DNA of 64,000 nucleotides from Eledone cirrhosa (GCA_964016885.1 CAXHJY010000962.1:1-64000); one strand, 5' to 3'; counted from the first letter of the stretch, positions 1 to 14,310 are shown. The notes: generated by a model not told the origin, from the sequence alone. Made by a program: numbers and translations.

Positions 1-92
1 GATAGAGTGATGGAAGGCAGGAGGCTGAATTAAGCGCAGGAATTGCAAAAACTGATGTAGTGATGCGCCAGTTTCAGCATTCAGTAATCAGA
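1..92 (+). mobile_element. RTE-clade LINE ORF fragment (post-RT region), left flank of satellite
   Basis: Frame from nt 6 reads SDGRQEAELSAGIAKTDVVMRQFQHSVIR, resembling the RTE C-terminal segment SDG..E...RI.KA..VMR.L..SV. Confidence 0.65.
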
Positions 93-3000
93 ATCAGTAA
101 ACAGTAATCAGTAAATAGTAATCAGTAATCAGTAAACAGTAATCAGTAATCAGTAAATAGTAATCAGTAATCAGTAATCAGTAATCAGTAAATAGTAATC
201 AGTAATCAGTAATCAGTAATCAGTAAATAGTAATCAGTAATCAGTAATCAGTAAATAGTAATCAGTAATCAGTAATCAGTAAATAGTAATCAGTAATCAG
301 TAATCAGTAAATAGTAATCAGTAATCAGTAATCACAATCAGTAATCAGTAATCAGTAAATAGTAATCAGTAAATAGAAATCAGTAATCAGTAATCAGTAA
401 TCAGTAAACAGTAATCAGTAATCAGTAAATAGTAATCAGTAATCAGTAATCAGTAATCAGTAATCAGTAAATAGTAATCAGTAATCACAATCGGTAATCA
501 GTAAATAGTAATCAGTAATCAGTAATCAGTAATCAGTAAATAGTAATCAGTAATCAGTAATCAGTAAATAGTAATCAGTAATCAGTAATCAGTAAATAGT
601 AATCAGTAATCAGTAATCAGTAAATAGTAATCAGTAATCAGTAATCAGTAAATAGTAATCAGTAATCACAATCAGTAATCAGTAAATAGTAATCAGTAAT
701 CAGTAATCAGTAATCAGTAAATAGTAATCAGTAATCACAATCAGTAATCAGTAAATAGTAATCAGTAATCAGTAAACAGTAATCAGTAAACAGTAATCAG
801 TAATCAGTAATCAGTAATCAGTAATCAGTAAACAGTAATCAGTAATCAATAAACAGTAATCAATAAACAGTAAACAGTAATCAGTAATCAGTAAACAGTA
901 ATCAGTAATCAGTAATCAGTAATCAGGAAACAGTAATCAGTAATCAGTAATCAGTAAACAGTAATCAGTAATCAGTAAATAGTAATCAGTAATCAGTAAT
1001 CAGTAATCAGTAAATAGTAATCAGTAATCACAATCGGTAATCAGTAAATAGTAATCAGTAATCAGTAATCAGTAATCAGTAAATAGTAATCAGTAATCAG
1101 TAATCAGTAAATAGTAATCAGTAATCAGTAATCAGTAAATAGTAATCAGTAATCAGTAATCAGTAAATAGTAATCAGTAATCAGTAATCGGTAAATAGTA
1201 ATCAGTAATCACAATCAGTAATCAGTAAATAGTAATCAGTAATCAGTAATCAGTAATCAGTAAATAGTAATCAGTAATCACAATCAGTAATCAGTAAATA
1301 GTAATCAGTAATCAGTAAACAGTAATCAGTAAACAGTAATCAGTAATCAGTAATCAGTAATCAGTAATCAGTAAACAGTAATCAGTAATCAATAAACAGT
1401 AATCAATAAACAGTAAACAGTAATCAGTAATCAGTAAACAGTAATCAGTAATCAGTAATCAGTAATCAGGAAACAGTAATCAGTAATCAGTAATCAGTAA
1501 ACAGTAATCAGTAATCAGTAATCAGAAATCAGTAAACAGTAAACAGTAATCAGTAATCAGTAATCAGAATCAGTAATCAGTAAACAGTAATCAGTAATCA
1601 GATTCAGTAATCAGTAATCAGTAAACAGTAATCAGTAATCAGTAAACAGTAAACAGTAATCAGTAATCAGTAAACAGTAATCAGTAAACAGTAATCAGTA
1701 ATCAGAAATCAGTAAACAGTAATCAGTAAACAGTAATCAGTAAACAGTAATCAGTAATCAGTAAACAGTAAACAGTAATCAGTAATCAGTAATCAGTAAT
1801 CAGTAAACGGTAATCAGTAATCAGAATCAGTAATCAGTAAACAGTAATCAGTAATCAGTAAACAGTAATCAGTAAACAGTAATCAGTAATCAGTAAACAG
1901 TAAACAGTAATCAGTAATCAGTAATCAGTAATCAGTAAACAGTAATCAGTAATCAGTAAACAGTAATCAGAATCAGTAAACAGTAATCAGTAAACAGTGA
2001 TCAGTAATCAGTAATCAGTAATCAGAAATCAGTAAACAGTAAACAGTAATCAGTAAACAGTAATCAGTAAACAGTAATCAGTAATCAGTAATCAGAAATC
2101 AGTAAACAGTAAACAGTAATCAGTAAACAGTAATCAGTAAACAGTAATCAGTAAACAGTAATCAGTAATCAGTAATCAGAAATCAGGAAACAGTAATAAG
2201 TAATCAGTAATCAGTAATCAGTAATCAGTAAACAGTAATCAGAATCAGTAAACAGTAATCAGTAATCAGAAATCAGTAAACAGTAATCAGTAATCAGTAA
2301 ACAGTAATCAGTAATCAGAAATCAGTAATCAGTAAACAGTAATCAGTAAACAGTAATCAGTAATCAGTAATCAGAAATCAGTAAACAGTAATCAGTAAAC
2401 AGTAATCAGTAATCAGTAAACAGAATCAGTAATCAGTAATCAGAAATCAGTAAACAGTAAACAGTAAACAGTAATCAGTAATCAGTAAACAGTAATCAGT
2501 AATCAGTAAACAGTAATCAGTAATCAGTAAACAGTAAACAGTAATCAGTAATCAGTAATCAGTAAACAGTAAACAGTAATCAGAAATCAGTAAACAGTAA
2601 ACAGTAATAAGTAATCAGTAATCAGTAAATAGTAAACAGTAATCAGTAATCAGTAAATAGTAATCAGAAATCAGTAAACAGTAAACAGTAATCAGTAATC
2701 AGTAAACAGTAATCAATAATCAGTAAACAGTAAACATTAATCAGTAATCAGTAATCAGAAATCAGTAAACAGTAAACAGTAATCAGTAATCAGAAATCAG
2801 TAAACAGTAATCAGAAATCAGTAATCACTAATCAGTAAACAGTAATCAGTAATCAGTAATCAGTAAACAGTAATCAGTAATCAGTAATCAGTAAACAGTA
2901 ATCAGTAATCAGTAAACAGTAATCAGTAATCAGTAAACAGTAAACAGTAATCAGTAATCAGTAAACAGTAAACAGTAATCAGTAATCAGTAAACAGTAAA

Positions 3001-6000
3001 CAGTAATCAGTAATCAGTAAACAGTAATCAGTAAACAGTAATCAGTAATCAGTAAACAGTAATCAGTAATCAGAAATCAGTAAACAGTAATCAGAAATCA
3101 GTAAACAGTAATCAATAATCAGTAAACAGAATCAGAAATCAGTAAACAGTAATCAGAAATCAGTAAACAGTAATCAGTAATCAGTAATCAGTAATCAGTA
3201 ATCAGTAAACAGAATCAGTAATCAGTAATAAGTAATCAGAAATCAGTAATCAGTAATCAGTAAACAGAATCAGTAATCAGTAATCAGTAAACAGTAAACA
3301 GTAATCAGTAATCAGTAAACAGTAATCAGAAATCAGTAAACAGTAATCAGTAATCAGTAATCAGAAATCAGTAATCAGTAATCAGTAATCAGTAATTAGT
3401 AAACAGTAATCAGTAATCAGTAAACAGTAAACAGTAATCAGTAAACAGTAATCAGTAAACAGTAATCAGTAAACAGTAATAAGTAAACAGTAATCAGTAA
3501 ACAGTAATCAGTAAACAGTAATCAGTAATCAGTAAACAGTAATCAGTAATCAGTAATCAGTAAACAGTAATCAGTAAACAGTAATAAGTAAACAGTAATC
3601 AGTAAACAGTAATCAGTAATCAGTAATCAGTAAACAGTAATCAGTAAACAGGAAACAGTAAACAGTTAACAGTAATCAGTAATCAGTAAACAGTAATCAG
3701 TAATCAGTAAACAGTAATCAGTAATCAGTAAACAGTAATCAGTAAACAGTAATCAGTAATCAGTAAACAGTAATCAGTAATCAGTAATCAGTAAACAGTA
3801 AACAGTAATCAGTAAACAGTAATCAGTAAACAGTAATCAGTAATCAGTAAACAGTAATCAGTAAACAGTAATCAGTAAACAGTAATCAGTAAACAGTAAT
3901 CAGTAAACAGTAATCAGTAAACAGTAAACAGTAAACAGTAATCAGTAAACAGTAAACAGTAATCAGTAATCAGTAAACAGTGATCAGTAATCAGTAACCA
4001 GTAATCAGTAAACAGTAATCAGTAATCAGTAATCAGTAAACAGTAATCAGTAATCAGTAACCAGTAATCAGTAAACAGTAATCAGTAATCAGTAAACAGT
4101 AATCAGTAATCAGAAACAGTAATCAGTAAACAGTAACCAGTAATCAGTAAACAGTAATCAGTAAACACTAAACAGTAAACAGTAATCCGTAATCAGTAAA
4201 CAGTAATCAGTAAACAGTAATCAGTAATCAGTAAACAGTAATCCGTAATCAGTAATCAGTAAACAGTAATCAGTAATCAGTAAACAGTAATCAATAATCA
4301 GTAATCAGTAATCAGTAATCAGTAAACCGTAATCAGTAATCAGTAATCAGTAAACAGTAATCAGTAAACCGTAATCAGTAATCAGTAAACAGTAATCAGT
4401 AAACAGTAAACCGTAAACAGTAATCAGTAAGCAGTAAACAGTAATCAGCAAACAGTAATCAGTAAACAGTAATCAGTAAACAGTAAACAGTAAACAGTAA
4501 AGAGTAATCAGTAATCAGTAATCAGTAAACAGTAATCAGTAAACAGTAATCAGTAATCAGTAACCAGTAATCAGTAAACAGTAATCAGTAATCAGTAAAC
4601 AGTGATCAGTAATCAGTAACCAGTAATCAGTAAACAGTAATCAGTAATCAGTAATCAGTAAACAGTAATCAGTAATCAGTAACCAGTAATCAGTAAACAG
4701 TAATCAGTAATCAGTAAACAGTAATCAGTAATCAGAAACAGTAATCAGTAAACAGTAAACCGTAAACAGTAATCAGTAAACAGTAAACAGTAATCAGTAA
4801 ACAGTAATCGGTAATCAGTAACCAGTAATCATTAGCAGTAATCAGTAATCAGTAATCAGTAAACAGTAATCAGTAAACAGTAATCAGTAATCAGTAACCA
4901 GTAAACAGTAAACAGTAATCAGTAATCAGTAATCAGTAAACAGTAATCAGTAAACAGTAATCAGTAATCAGTAATCAATAAATATTAATCAGTAATCAGT
5001 AATCAGTAAACAGTAATCAGTAAACAGTAATCAGTAATCAGTAATCAGTAAACAGTAATCAGTAAACAGTAATCAGTAATCAGTAATCAGTAAACAGTAA
5101 TCAGTAATCAGTAAACAGTAATCAGTAAACAGTAAACAGTAAACAGTAATCAGTAATCAGTAATCAGTAAACAGTAATCAGTAAACAGTAATCAGTAAAC
5201 AGTAATCAGTAATCAGTAATCAGTAAACAGTAATCAGTAAACAGTAAACAGTAATCAGTAATCAGTAATCAGTAAACAGTAATCAGTAATCAGTAATCAG
5301 TAACCAGTAACCAGTAATCAGTAAACAGTAATCAGTAATCAGTAAACAGTAAACAGTAAACAGTAATCAGTAATCAGTAATCAGTAAACAGTAATCAGTA
5401 AACAGTAAATAGTAAACAGTAATCAGTAATCAGTAAACAGTAATCATTAAACAGTAAACAGTAAACAGTAATCAGTAATCAGTAATCAGTAAACAGTAAT
5501 CAGTAATCAGTAATCAGTAATCAGTAATCAGTAAACAGTAATCAGTAAACAGTAAACAGTAAACCGTAAACAGTAATCAGTAAACAGTAAACAGTAATCA
5601 GTAAACAGTAATCAGTAATCAGTAATCAGTAATCAGTAAACAGCAATCAGTAAACAGTAAACAGTAAACAGTAATCAGTAATCAGTAAACAGTAATCAGT
5701 AATCAGTAATCAGTAAACAGTAATCAGTAAACAGTAATCAGTAATCAGTAATCAGTAAACAGTAATCAGTAAACAGTAAACAGTAAACAGTAAACCGTAA
5801 ACAGTAATCAGTAAACAGTAAACAGTAATCTGTAAACAGTAATCAGTAAACAGTAATCAGTAATCAGTAATCAGTAAACAGTAAACAGTAAACAGTAATC
5901 AGTAATCAGTAAACAGTAATCAGTAATCAGTAATCAGTAAACAGTAATCAGTAAACAGTAATCAGTAATCAGTAATCAGTAATCAGTAAACAGTAATCAG

Positions 6001-6512
6001 TAAACAGTAAACAGTAAACAGTAAACCGTAAACAGTAATCAGTAAACAGTAAACAGTAATCAGTAAACAGTAATCAGTAAACAGTAATCAGTAATCAGTA
6101 ATCAGTAATCAGTAAACAGTAAACAGTAATCAGTAATCAGTAATCAGTAAACAGTAATCAGTAATCAGTAAACATTAATCAGTAATCAGTAATCAGTAAA
6201 CAGTAATCAGTAATCAGTAAACATTAATCAGTAATCAGTAAACAGTAATCAGTAATCAGTAATCAGTAAACAGTAATCAGTAATCAGTAAACATTAATCA
6301 GTAATCAGTAAACATTAATCAGTAATCAGTAAACAGTAATCAGTAATCAGTAAACAGTAATCAATTAACAGTAATCAGTAATCAGTAATCAGTAATCAGA
6401 AAAAAGTAATCAGTAATCAGTAATCAGTAAACAGTAATCAGTAAACAGTAATCAGTAATCAGTAATCAGTAATCAGTAATCAGTAATCAGTAAACAGTAA
6501 TCAGTAATCAGA
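81..6512. repeat. 7-bp tandem satellite (AGTAATC with AGTAAAC/AGTAAAT/AGAAATC variants), roughly 900 units
   Basis: Directly visible uninterrupted tandem array. Confidence 0.99.
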
Positions 6513-6760
6513 AAGAAGTGCATAGCTCGGAGATCAGAGAGTCACTCCTGGTAGAGACGCTACTTTTCTGGATTGAGGGATCACAGCTCCGATATTATGG
6601 ACAAGTGGTTAGAATATCTCAGGAAAGAATCGCTTGACAGATTTTTACAGGCAAAACCAAACGGCAGGTGACCCAGAGATAGACCTTGAGCAAAATAGTT
6701 GGATTACATTTATGAGCTTGGCTGGTCACGCTTTGGGATCAAGCTGGATCAGTCGGAGCT
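6513..6760 (+). mobile_element. RTE-clade LINE 3' ORF fragment, decayed
   Basis: Reads EVHSSEIRESLLVETLLFWIEGSQLRYYGQVVRISQERIA*, then degenerate GR.PRDRP...LDYI (QLRW.GHV.R and GRP..RW motifs of RTE); homologous to 45420-45560. Confidence 0.8.
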
Positions 6761-7330
6761 GTTTGCCTATGTCATATTGGTGGTATACGCATATATATAT
6801 GCTGATAGATATGATATGTAAATCTAAATGTCAATTGACAATAGCTTCTTCTTCACCCACTTATTTCTTCCAGTGGGATTTGTACCACCTTGTAATATAT
6901 CTCTTGGAGGACATGTCTCCAACAGGAGAAGGAATGTATTGGAATAGAAGCAGGCTTTTCCATTGAGCTTATCAACTGCAACATACCCACACGATACCGA
7001 CGGAAACCCACTCCATAAATCTATAATTAATATTCTTTTATATGCTCTGTATAACATTTGACGTATGTCGTTATAAGTTGTGCTATTTTTTATCTATTAC
7101 TTGACGTATAAGATATTGAAGTTGAAATCTGTTTGGTGTGGTTACCACAGCATCAAGTGTCACTAAATATCTCCATCGCTGGCGAACTCATACGTTTGAC
7201 ATGCGTAACGCATTAAATTTACTGTCAACTTTTCAGCGATTATTACGATATGTGTATGTGCGAGTCAGCCAGTATATGTGGATGTGTGTCTATATGGAGG
7301 GAGCGTTTGAGTGCGTGAACTCGTGTTTGC

Positions 7331-7332
<2 letters not shown>

Positions 7333-7378
<46 letters not shown>

Positions 7379-7581
7379 ATATATAAATATATATATATAA
7401 ATATAAATATGTGTGTATTTATTTATATATATATAAACATACATGTTTTTATGTATATATATGTATATATATATATATATATATATAAATATTATTATAT
7501 ATGAATATGTATGTATTTATGTATATATATATAAATATGTATGTATTTATGTATTTATATATAAATATATATATATATGTA

Positions 7582-7623
<42 letters not shown>

Positions 7624-7725
7624 CGTATGCATATATATATATATATAAATTTGTATGCATTTATACACATAAATATGTATGCATATATATATATATAAAT
7701 ATGTATGCATATATATATATATATG
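7333..7725. repeat. (TA)n/(TATG)n compound microsatellite
   Basis: Direct. Confidence 0.95.
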
Positions 7726-7859
7726 TACATTTTGAGTATATGTTGGTTGTTTACCGACACCTCAGTATGCAGATTGGAGCACTCGACGAAGTACGCAGGT
7801 TGGTTTGGTTACTCCGGAGTAGTGTAAAATAAAGATTTGGCTTCGTTTATTGAAGATGC

Positions 7860-7914
7860 ACTGCTATATATATTTCAGTGACAGCCATCATTGGCTGTGA
7901 CCTCTTCAGGCAGT
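7860..7914 (-). ncRNA. Type I hammerhead ribozyme in a PLE-type terminal repeat
   Basis: Minus strand: ACTGC-CTGAAGA-GGTCACAGCCA/ATGA/TGGCTGTCACT-GAAA-TATATA-TA-GCAGT; perfect stem I, long stem II, intact core. Confidence 0.85.
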
Positions 7915-8327
7915 TTAAATTGGTGTGGTAGAGACAGGTACACATGTTGTTAAAGTGTTTTACTCCATCAATACTCCGATATGTCCTGCTCCTTGTTGGG
8001 TTGTCACTTCTCTGAGGAACTGGAATCATATGAATTCGAACAAACGAATTTCGGCAACATAGGACACTCTCTCCTCCCATTGGTCAGTTGTGAGAACATT
8101 CCTCAGTCAAAAGTCTATAGACATTTTTTTCTGAAGCAAGACAATCTGTTGTGGTTGTTTTTGAGAAGTACAGCTGACCTCCTCCCTTGTGTTTATTGGT
8201 GTTGGGGGGTGAGCTGGCAGGTCACCTTAGTTCTACTGCTGCTGTCTTTAGAAGAATGAGCGTTTGGGGGTGGCATCAAACCTACCACCCTTTCACGTGG
8301 GGTGGAGTGGGTGTGTTTGCCAATCAG

Positions 8328-8486
8328 ATAATTGTTTCTACTTTTGGCACAAGGCCATCAATTAACCAGTACATTACTGGTACTTTATTTTATCGATCCC
8401 GTAAGGATGAGAGGCAAAGTTAACCTCGGCGGGATTTGAACTCAGACCGTAAAGGAACGTAACTATTCTGGAAAGCATGGCGTCCA

Positions 8487-8490
<4 letters not shown>
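8328..8490 (-). mobile_element. tRNA-derived SINE, 5'-truncated
   Basis: Reverse complement of the GAGTTCAAATCCC B-box / GCCTTTCATCCTTACGGGGTCGATAAAAT core / GGCCTTGTGCCAAAAGTAGAAAC tail, repeated many times in the window. Confidence 0.85.
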
Positions 8491-8528
<38 letters not shown>

Positions 8529-8605
8529 TATATACATATATATAAATATATATATATACATATATATATATATATTCATATATATACATATACATATATA
8601 TATAC

Positions 8606-8650
<45 letters not shown>

Positions 8651-8948
8651 TATATATATATATATACATATTTATATATATATATAATTAAATATATATA
8701 TATATATATATATACATATTTATATATATATACATACTTATATATATGTACATACATATTTATATATATATACATATTTATATATATATACATACATATT
8801 TATATATATATATACATACATATTTATATATATATATATATATATATGTATGCCTCTCTGTTTTGTTCCCGTTCAATTTTTTACTATATATATATATATA
8901 TCTATATATAAATAAATAAATAAATAAATATATATATAAATAAATAAA

Positions 8949-8982
<34 letters not shown>

Positions 8983-8991
8983 AATAAATAA

Positions 8992-9022
<31 letters not shown>

Positions 9023-9033
9023 TATATATATAT
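8491..9033. repeat. (TA)n-rich microsatellite
   Basis: Direct. Confidence 0.95.
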
Positions 9034-9216
9034 AAAGATGGAGGGAAAAGAAGGAGAAACACTGGGCGTGTTTATGATGTAATACAGAAATATATAAGTT
9101 TATGCTTAATAAATATATCAAGTCTCACTATGAGTGTCTTGACCAGTGCACATGTCTTCAGCAGATGTTTAATACGACCACTAATATATATATATATATA
9201 TACATACATACATACA

Positions 9217-9298
<82 letters not shown>

Positions 9299-9447
9299 GT
9301 TATACTTTGGGAGGGTCATGTTGCCAATAACAATCACACGCACCAGCTGCATTCACTTCAATATATTATAATAAATTTATAAATTTAGGAATTCATAAAT
9401 TTCCGGTTGGTTGGTTGGTTCCAAAACCAGATGATTGTTTATATATT

Positions 9448-9490
9448 GTCAAAGTTCTTTCGTCACACATTCTGTAACCTCTTCAGTGAC
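9448..9490 (-). ncRNA. Minimal type I hammerhead ribozyme, PLE-A pLTR
   Basis: Reverse complement of GTCA-CTGAAGA-stem II-GAAA-GAAC-TT-TGAC. Confidence 0.75.
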
Positions 9491-9719
9491 TGGGGATTCC
9501 TTTCTTTGTTTTTGTGCCTCTCCTTTGTTCTGTCCTACGCCATCTTGCTTTGTGTGTGTGTTGTGTGTTTAGTTTGCGCATGTGTTACATCCGGGTGTTT
9601 GTGTGTGTTTGTATTTGTTTATTTATTTGTTTATTTACATGTTACTGGTTGGCTGTTTGTTCTATGTGTGTGTGTTTTCATTTTGTCCTTAATTGTAAGT
9701 TGTGATGTTGCTGTTCCAC

Positions 9720-11478
9720 TCATATCCGTTCCGCTATACTACGAGCTGTCTCACCTATGTACACTATATTTTTATCTCTACATTGACCTTCAGTACATCT
9801 TATGCTATATACTACATTTCTAGTTTTACAGTTAATATGAGGGCTTAATTTACAGATTATACATTTCTTATCTATACATGAGGGTCTTTGAAAATGGTAT
9901 GTCTTGCTAATGTGTGTTTTTACGGACGTACCTGGTCTTTCTACTATCTTAATATTGAGTTTATGTTTATTTAGGGCCCTTCTAAATTTGTAAGCTAATT
10001 CGCCTCCAGGGGTTGTATCGATGAACATTACACTCTGGTATTTATTTTTATCATACCACGAGTTTATTCTATTAGCCTTATTCCTAGTTCTTTCTATTCT
10101 ATTCCAAAATTTGCTCCTATACAGGGGGCAGGTCCCACTTGTGTCATTATTTACCATTTTTTCCCATTTGGTTCTGGCTCCTTTATATACTCTGAGATTA
10201 TCTCTCTGATTGTAATCAGAGAACTACATAGGGTGGATGAAGTGTTGTATGTGTCTCTCTAGTTCTTCGGGGTTGCACATGCGGGACACGTTTCTCATCA
10301 CCCGTACCAAATCCGCAATCACTATGTTGATTTTGGTATGGTCCGAAACAGTTGAGTTTCGGTGGATCAGATATTTGGAACTCATGGGTTTGGCATAATG
10401 GGAATGGAGGATTTGTTTTTTGTTATTAATGGTATCTAACCAGAGCTCTGTGTCTAGTACAGGTAATCGATGGTTGGGGTGTTTGCTTGGGTAGTCTATA
10501 GTAACTCTAATAGTCTGGTGGATGGAGTTAGCTATTTGCTGGATGCTTTCCATTGTGTTTTTCTCTAATTCCTGACTTCTATAGTGGGGGTGTTTTAACT
10601 ACGATGTTTATATCATCAACGTAGCGAGAGTACATTATCAGGGTTAAGGGGGTCTTCTAATTGTTCTTTAAGTTTAAGTTTAAGTTTACTGTCCCACCAT
10701 ACCATGAATAGGTTAGCTATGTCGCCTGCAATGCTAACACCAATGGCTGCTCCCTCCTCTTGGGCATATGTTTTTTCCATTAAATTTGAACATATGTTCC
10801 TTAAGGGTTAATTTTATACTGGCCACCATCGCATGTCCATCATTTTCTTTAGTTTATCGTGGTTTTCGGGGGTCCGTATGGCTCTGGTCCACCCGTTCCA
10901 TCTATCTGTGTGGGTTTTCTTGGCCATTGAAATAATGGTAGGTGGTCTGCCACTTGCTAGTCTTGTAGGGCACAGGTTGCTAAGGTCATATGTATCTAGG
11001 TAATCATTATTATATATGAGTTTAAGTAGGACTCGCAGCTCACTGGTATCAATCCCACGGAACTCAACATTGCTCTCACTGATCATTTCTACGCATTTCT
11101 CCACAGCAAAATCCACGTCAAAAGATGGATACAGGGACACAACATCCATACTACCTATTATGCAGTTTGTTAAGTCCCTAGATCGGTTACTCACGCCGAT
11201 TCTGCTGAGGAAGTCCTCCGTGCTGTCACATACATCTGGGGACATTTCAATGATGGGGAGTATGATCAGGGAGAGGAAGTATGAAAGTCTGTAGTTTCTA
11301 GCAATGTTAGCTCCACAGACTGGCCGTGTTGGTGGTCCTGTGACAGGGTAACTGCTCGTTTTATGGTATTTTCGAAGCCCATACAACGCTGGCACGTCAT
11401 TGTTCCAGGCCTGGAAGTTGTTGGCAGTCCTTTTGTTGGCCTGCATTATATTTGTCCGCATCATCATATGTGCATTGT
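9720..11478 (-). pseudogene. PLE-A reverse transcriptase / GIY-YIG endonuclease ORF, frameshifted, with an internal deletion in the endonuclease domain
   Basis: ORF pieces 10814-11467, 10224-10553 and 9720-10157 are colinear with copy 3. Confidence 0.9.
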
Positions 11479-12079
11479 ATATATAAGAAATGTATATAGA
11501 TAATAAATGTATAATCTGTAAATTAAGCCCCCATATTAACAGTAACTAGAAATGTAGTATATAGCATAAGATGTAGTGAAGGACAATGTAGAGATAAACA
11601 AATATAGTGTACATACGTGAGACAGCTCATAGTATAGGGGAACGGATAAATGAAAACTGGCGAGACATTCAAGATAGTAAAGAATCATCTGTACTCTACC
11701 AACATGCTAAAATAGAACATGAGGGTAAATTAGAGAACATAGAAATAAAAATAGAATCTACACACAGAAAAGACGCAATGTTTAGACAAATCACAGAGGC
11801 AATAAACATAAATGAACTCCAACCAAAATTAAATAGAAAACATGAGTGGAACAGCAACATCACAACTTACAATTAAGGACAAACTGAAAACACACACGCA
11901 CATAGAACAAACAACCAACCAGTAACATGTAAATAAACAAATAAATAAACGAATATAAACACACACAGACACCCGGATGTAACACAAGCGCAAACTAAGC
12001 ACACAACACACACACACAGAAACAAGATGGCGTAGGACAGAACAAATGAGAGGCACAAAAACAAAGAAAGGAATCCACA

Positions 12080-12122
12080 GTCACTGAAGAGGTCACATAA
12101 TGTGTGACGAAAGAACTTTGAC
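12080..12122 (+). ncRNA. Minimal type I hammerhead ribozyme, PLE-A pLTR
   Basis: GTCA-CTGAAGA-GGTCACA/TAATG/TGTGAC-GAAA-GAAC-TT-TGAC; stems I and II pair, very short stem III. Confidence 0.8.
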
Positions 12123-12291
12123 AATATATAAACAATCATCTGGTTGTGGAACCAACCAACCAACCGGAAATTTAAGTGAAACAACTGGTGCGTGTGTTTC
12201 TTATTGGCAACATGCCCCTCCAAAGTATAACAATATCGGTTTCAACACACGTTTTCAGATGAAGAATCTTGCTAAACAAATTCAGAAACGA

Positions 12292-12320
<29 letters not shown>

Positions 12321-12322
<2 letters not shown>

Positions 12323-12523
12323 GGAACATGTAGTACCCCGACGGCTGAGCTCAAGCCGTTTCGACGGCTAATTCTGGACTAAAATTTAATCCAGATTAAC
12401 CGTCGAAACGGCTTGAGCTCAGCCGTCGGGGTCCTACTTGTTCCTATTACTCACTCTACTACCCTAAGTATTGAGTACTTTGGTGCGTTAATGTCCATCT
12501 GGTTCCTTACCACACCTACTTCG

Positions 12524-12527
<4 letters not shown>
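12321..12527. mobile_element. Palindromic fold-back element (12321-12446) with 3' tail, containing an HHR 3' half
   Basis: Near-perfect ~125-bp palindrome; GAAA-CGGCT/TGAGCTC/AGCCG-TC on both strands; related copies at 14090-14182, 32980-33025 and 48891-49088. Confidence 0.8.
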
Positions 12528-12588
<61 letters not shown>

Positions 12589-12673
12589 GAATAAATATAT
12601 ATATATAAATAAATATATATTATTCAGTTGATGTAATAAAATGATGTATGAATAAAACCTCTCTTCCTAAAAA

Positions 12674-12773
<100 letters not shown>

Positions 12774-13162
12774 ATATGTATTTATATATAATGCGTTTGT
12801 GCACGCGTTAGCTTTCCAACATATATTCACAAAAGCTTCAACCATGTTTCAGTTTTGCGTCGCTCTTCCTCTTTTTGTCCTCCGTCTATGTCACTCCGCC
12901 TCTTACCCCTGCCACATTCTCTCTCTCTCTCTCTATCTATATCTCCCTCTCCCTCTCCATGTGTGTGTGTGTGTGTGTTTGTGCGTATAAATATACATAT
13001 ATATATATATAATATATATATATATATAGTATTAGTTATACTATTTATGGTTATGTAAACACAAAACCTTAAGCAGTTGTAAGTATTTTACACACACCCT
13101 AAATAGGAAACAGCTGTAAGCACAATAATGTTTTGAACAGTTCTTTGATTCATATATTTCAT

Positions 13163-13193
<31 letters not shown>

Positions 13194-13770
13194 GCATATG
13201 AAAATATACAGACGTATTAGTATATTATCTAGGCAACATTTAATTACAATAGTTAACGGGTGTGAGGTGGGTGGTGTAAATGTGCGTCCAACGGGTGTCT
13301 TTATAAAAAAAGAACAATTTTGATATCTGAGGGTCTATGAATAGAGAAGATGTTCTCGTGTTTCTGCACATTTGCGATATTACATCTATTGAAAAAGATC
13401 GAAGTACCAAGGCATGTCTTTGTCCCATTCAATATCCATTGCATCATTTCAACAAAGTTCTTAACTTACTTATCCTATTCAGCTGTATTATGCTTATTCC
13501 ATTAAATGTTTTCATTATGTACTACTTGTTTACATACCTATAAGTGTATATATATATATGAATGCATGTATAGTATATCAATATACCGTATGTTTAATTA
13601 AAACATTTAAAAAACTTTGTGCTGCTATAAAGAAGTAAGTGACATAGTCACTTATTTCTTTTTTCAGCAAAGGAAGGGAGAGAAGCTGACATATTCTGTT
13701 TCACACTGTTGGTATTCCTTTGCCGAAAATGATAGACGCTGGATTCTTATAGAATTCCAGTAATAATCAG

Positions 13771-13820
<50 letters not shown>

Positions 13821-13859
13821 GATATTAATAAATGGAAAGAATATTTATAAAACCATATT

Positions 13860-13924
13860 TATTTCATTATACATATTTCAGGGATAGCACATTAAATTAT
13901 GGTATGCCTTCATCAGACAAAATA
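13860..13924 (-). ncRNA. Type I hammerhead ribozyme (family shared with 32196 and 56752)
   Basis: Minus: TATTTTGT-CTGATGA-AGGCATACCA...GTGCTATCCCT-GAAA-TATGTA-TA-ATGAAAT. Confidence 0.75.
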
Positions 13925-14181
13925 CAATATATACAGTTTTACAAATAGGTTTGACGTACCCTTTTTAAAATACAACCATTACTTTTGGAGGCTGTCTGGA
14001 TAGTGATTTGTTTATATAATAAGTCATAGTGTTAAGCACAATTAGAAAAAGACGGAGAGAAAGAAAAAAGACGGAGAGAGAGAAAAGAACAAAGCCGTCT
14101 TTGGACTAATTTAAGTCCAGATCTAGTCCAAAATTAGCCGTCGAAACGGCTGAGCTCAGCCGTCGGGGTCCTACTCGTTCC

Positions 14182-14310
<129 letters not shown>

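Larger units (their letters stand above)
9298..12293. mobile_element. Penelope-like element family A, copy 1: minus-strand body (9298-11478) plus inverted plus-strand 3' arm (11491-12293)
   Basis: RT motifs (GSMDVVSLYPS, YSRYVDD, Cys linker CIDKKCIICK) and GIY-YIG (VVYSIRC..VYIGET) on minus; the same GIY-YIG tail and pLTR repeated on plus; TA arrays on both sides. Confidence 0.92.

Noticed and set aside
81-6512. Telomeric array, CRISPR array or coding repeat
   Set aside because: The unit has no G-run like TTAGGG, the array is internal to a LINE, there are no unique spacers, and stops occur in all frames.
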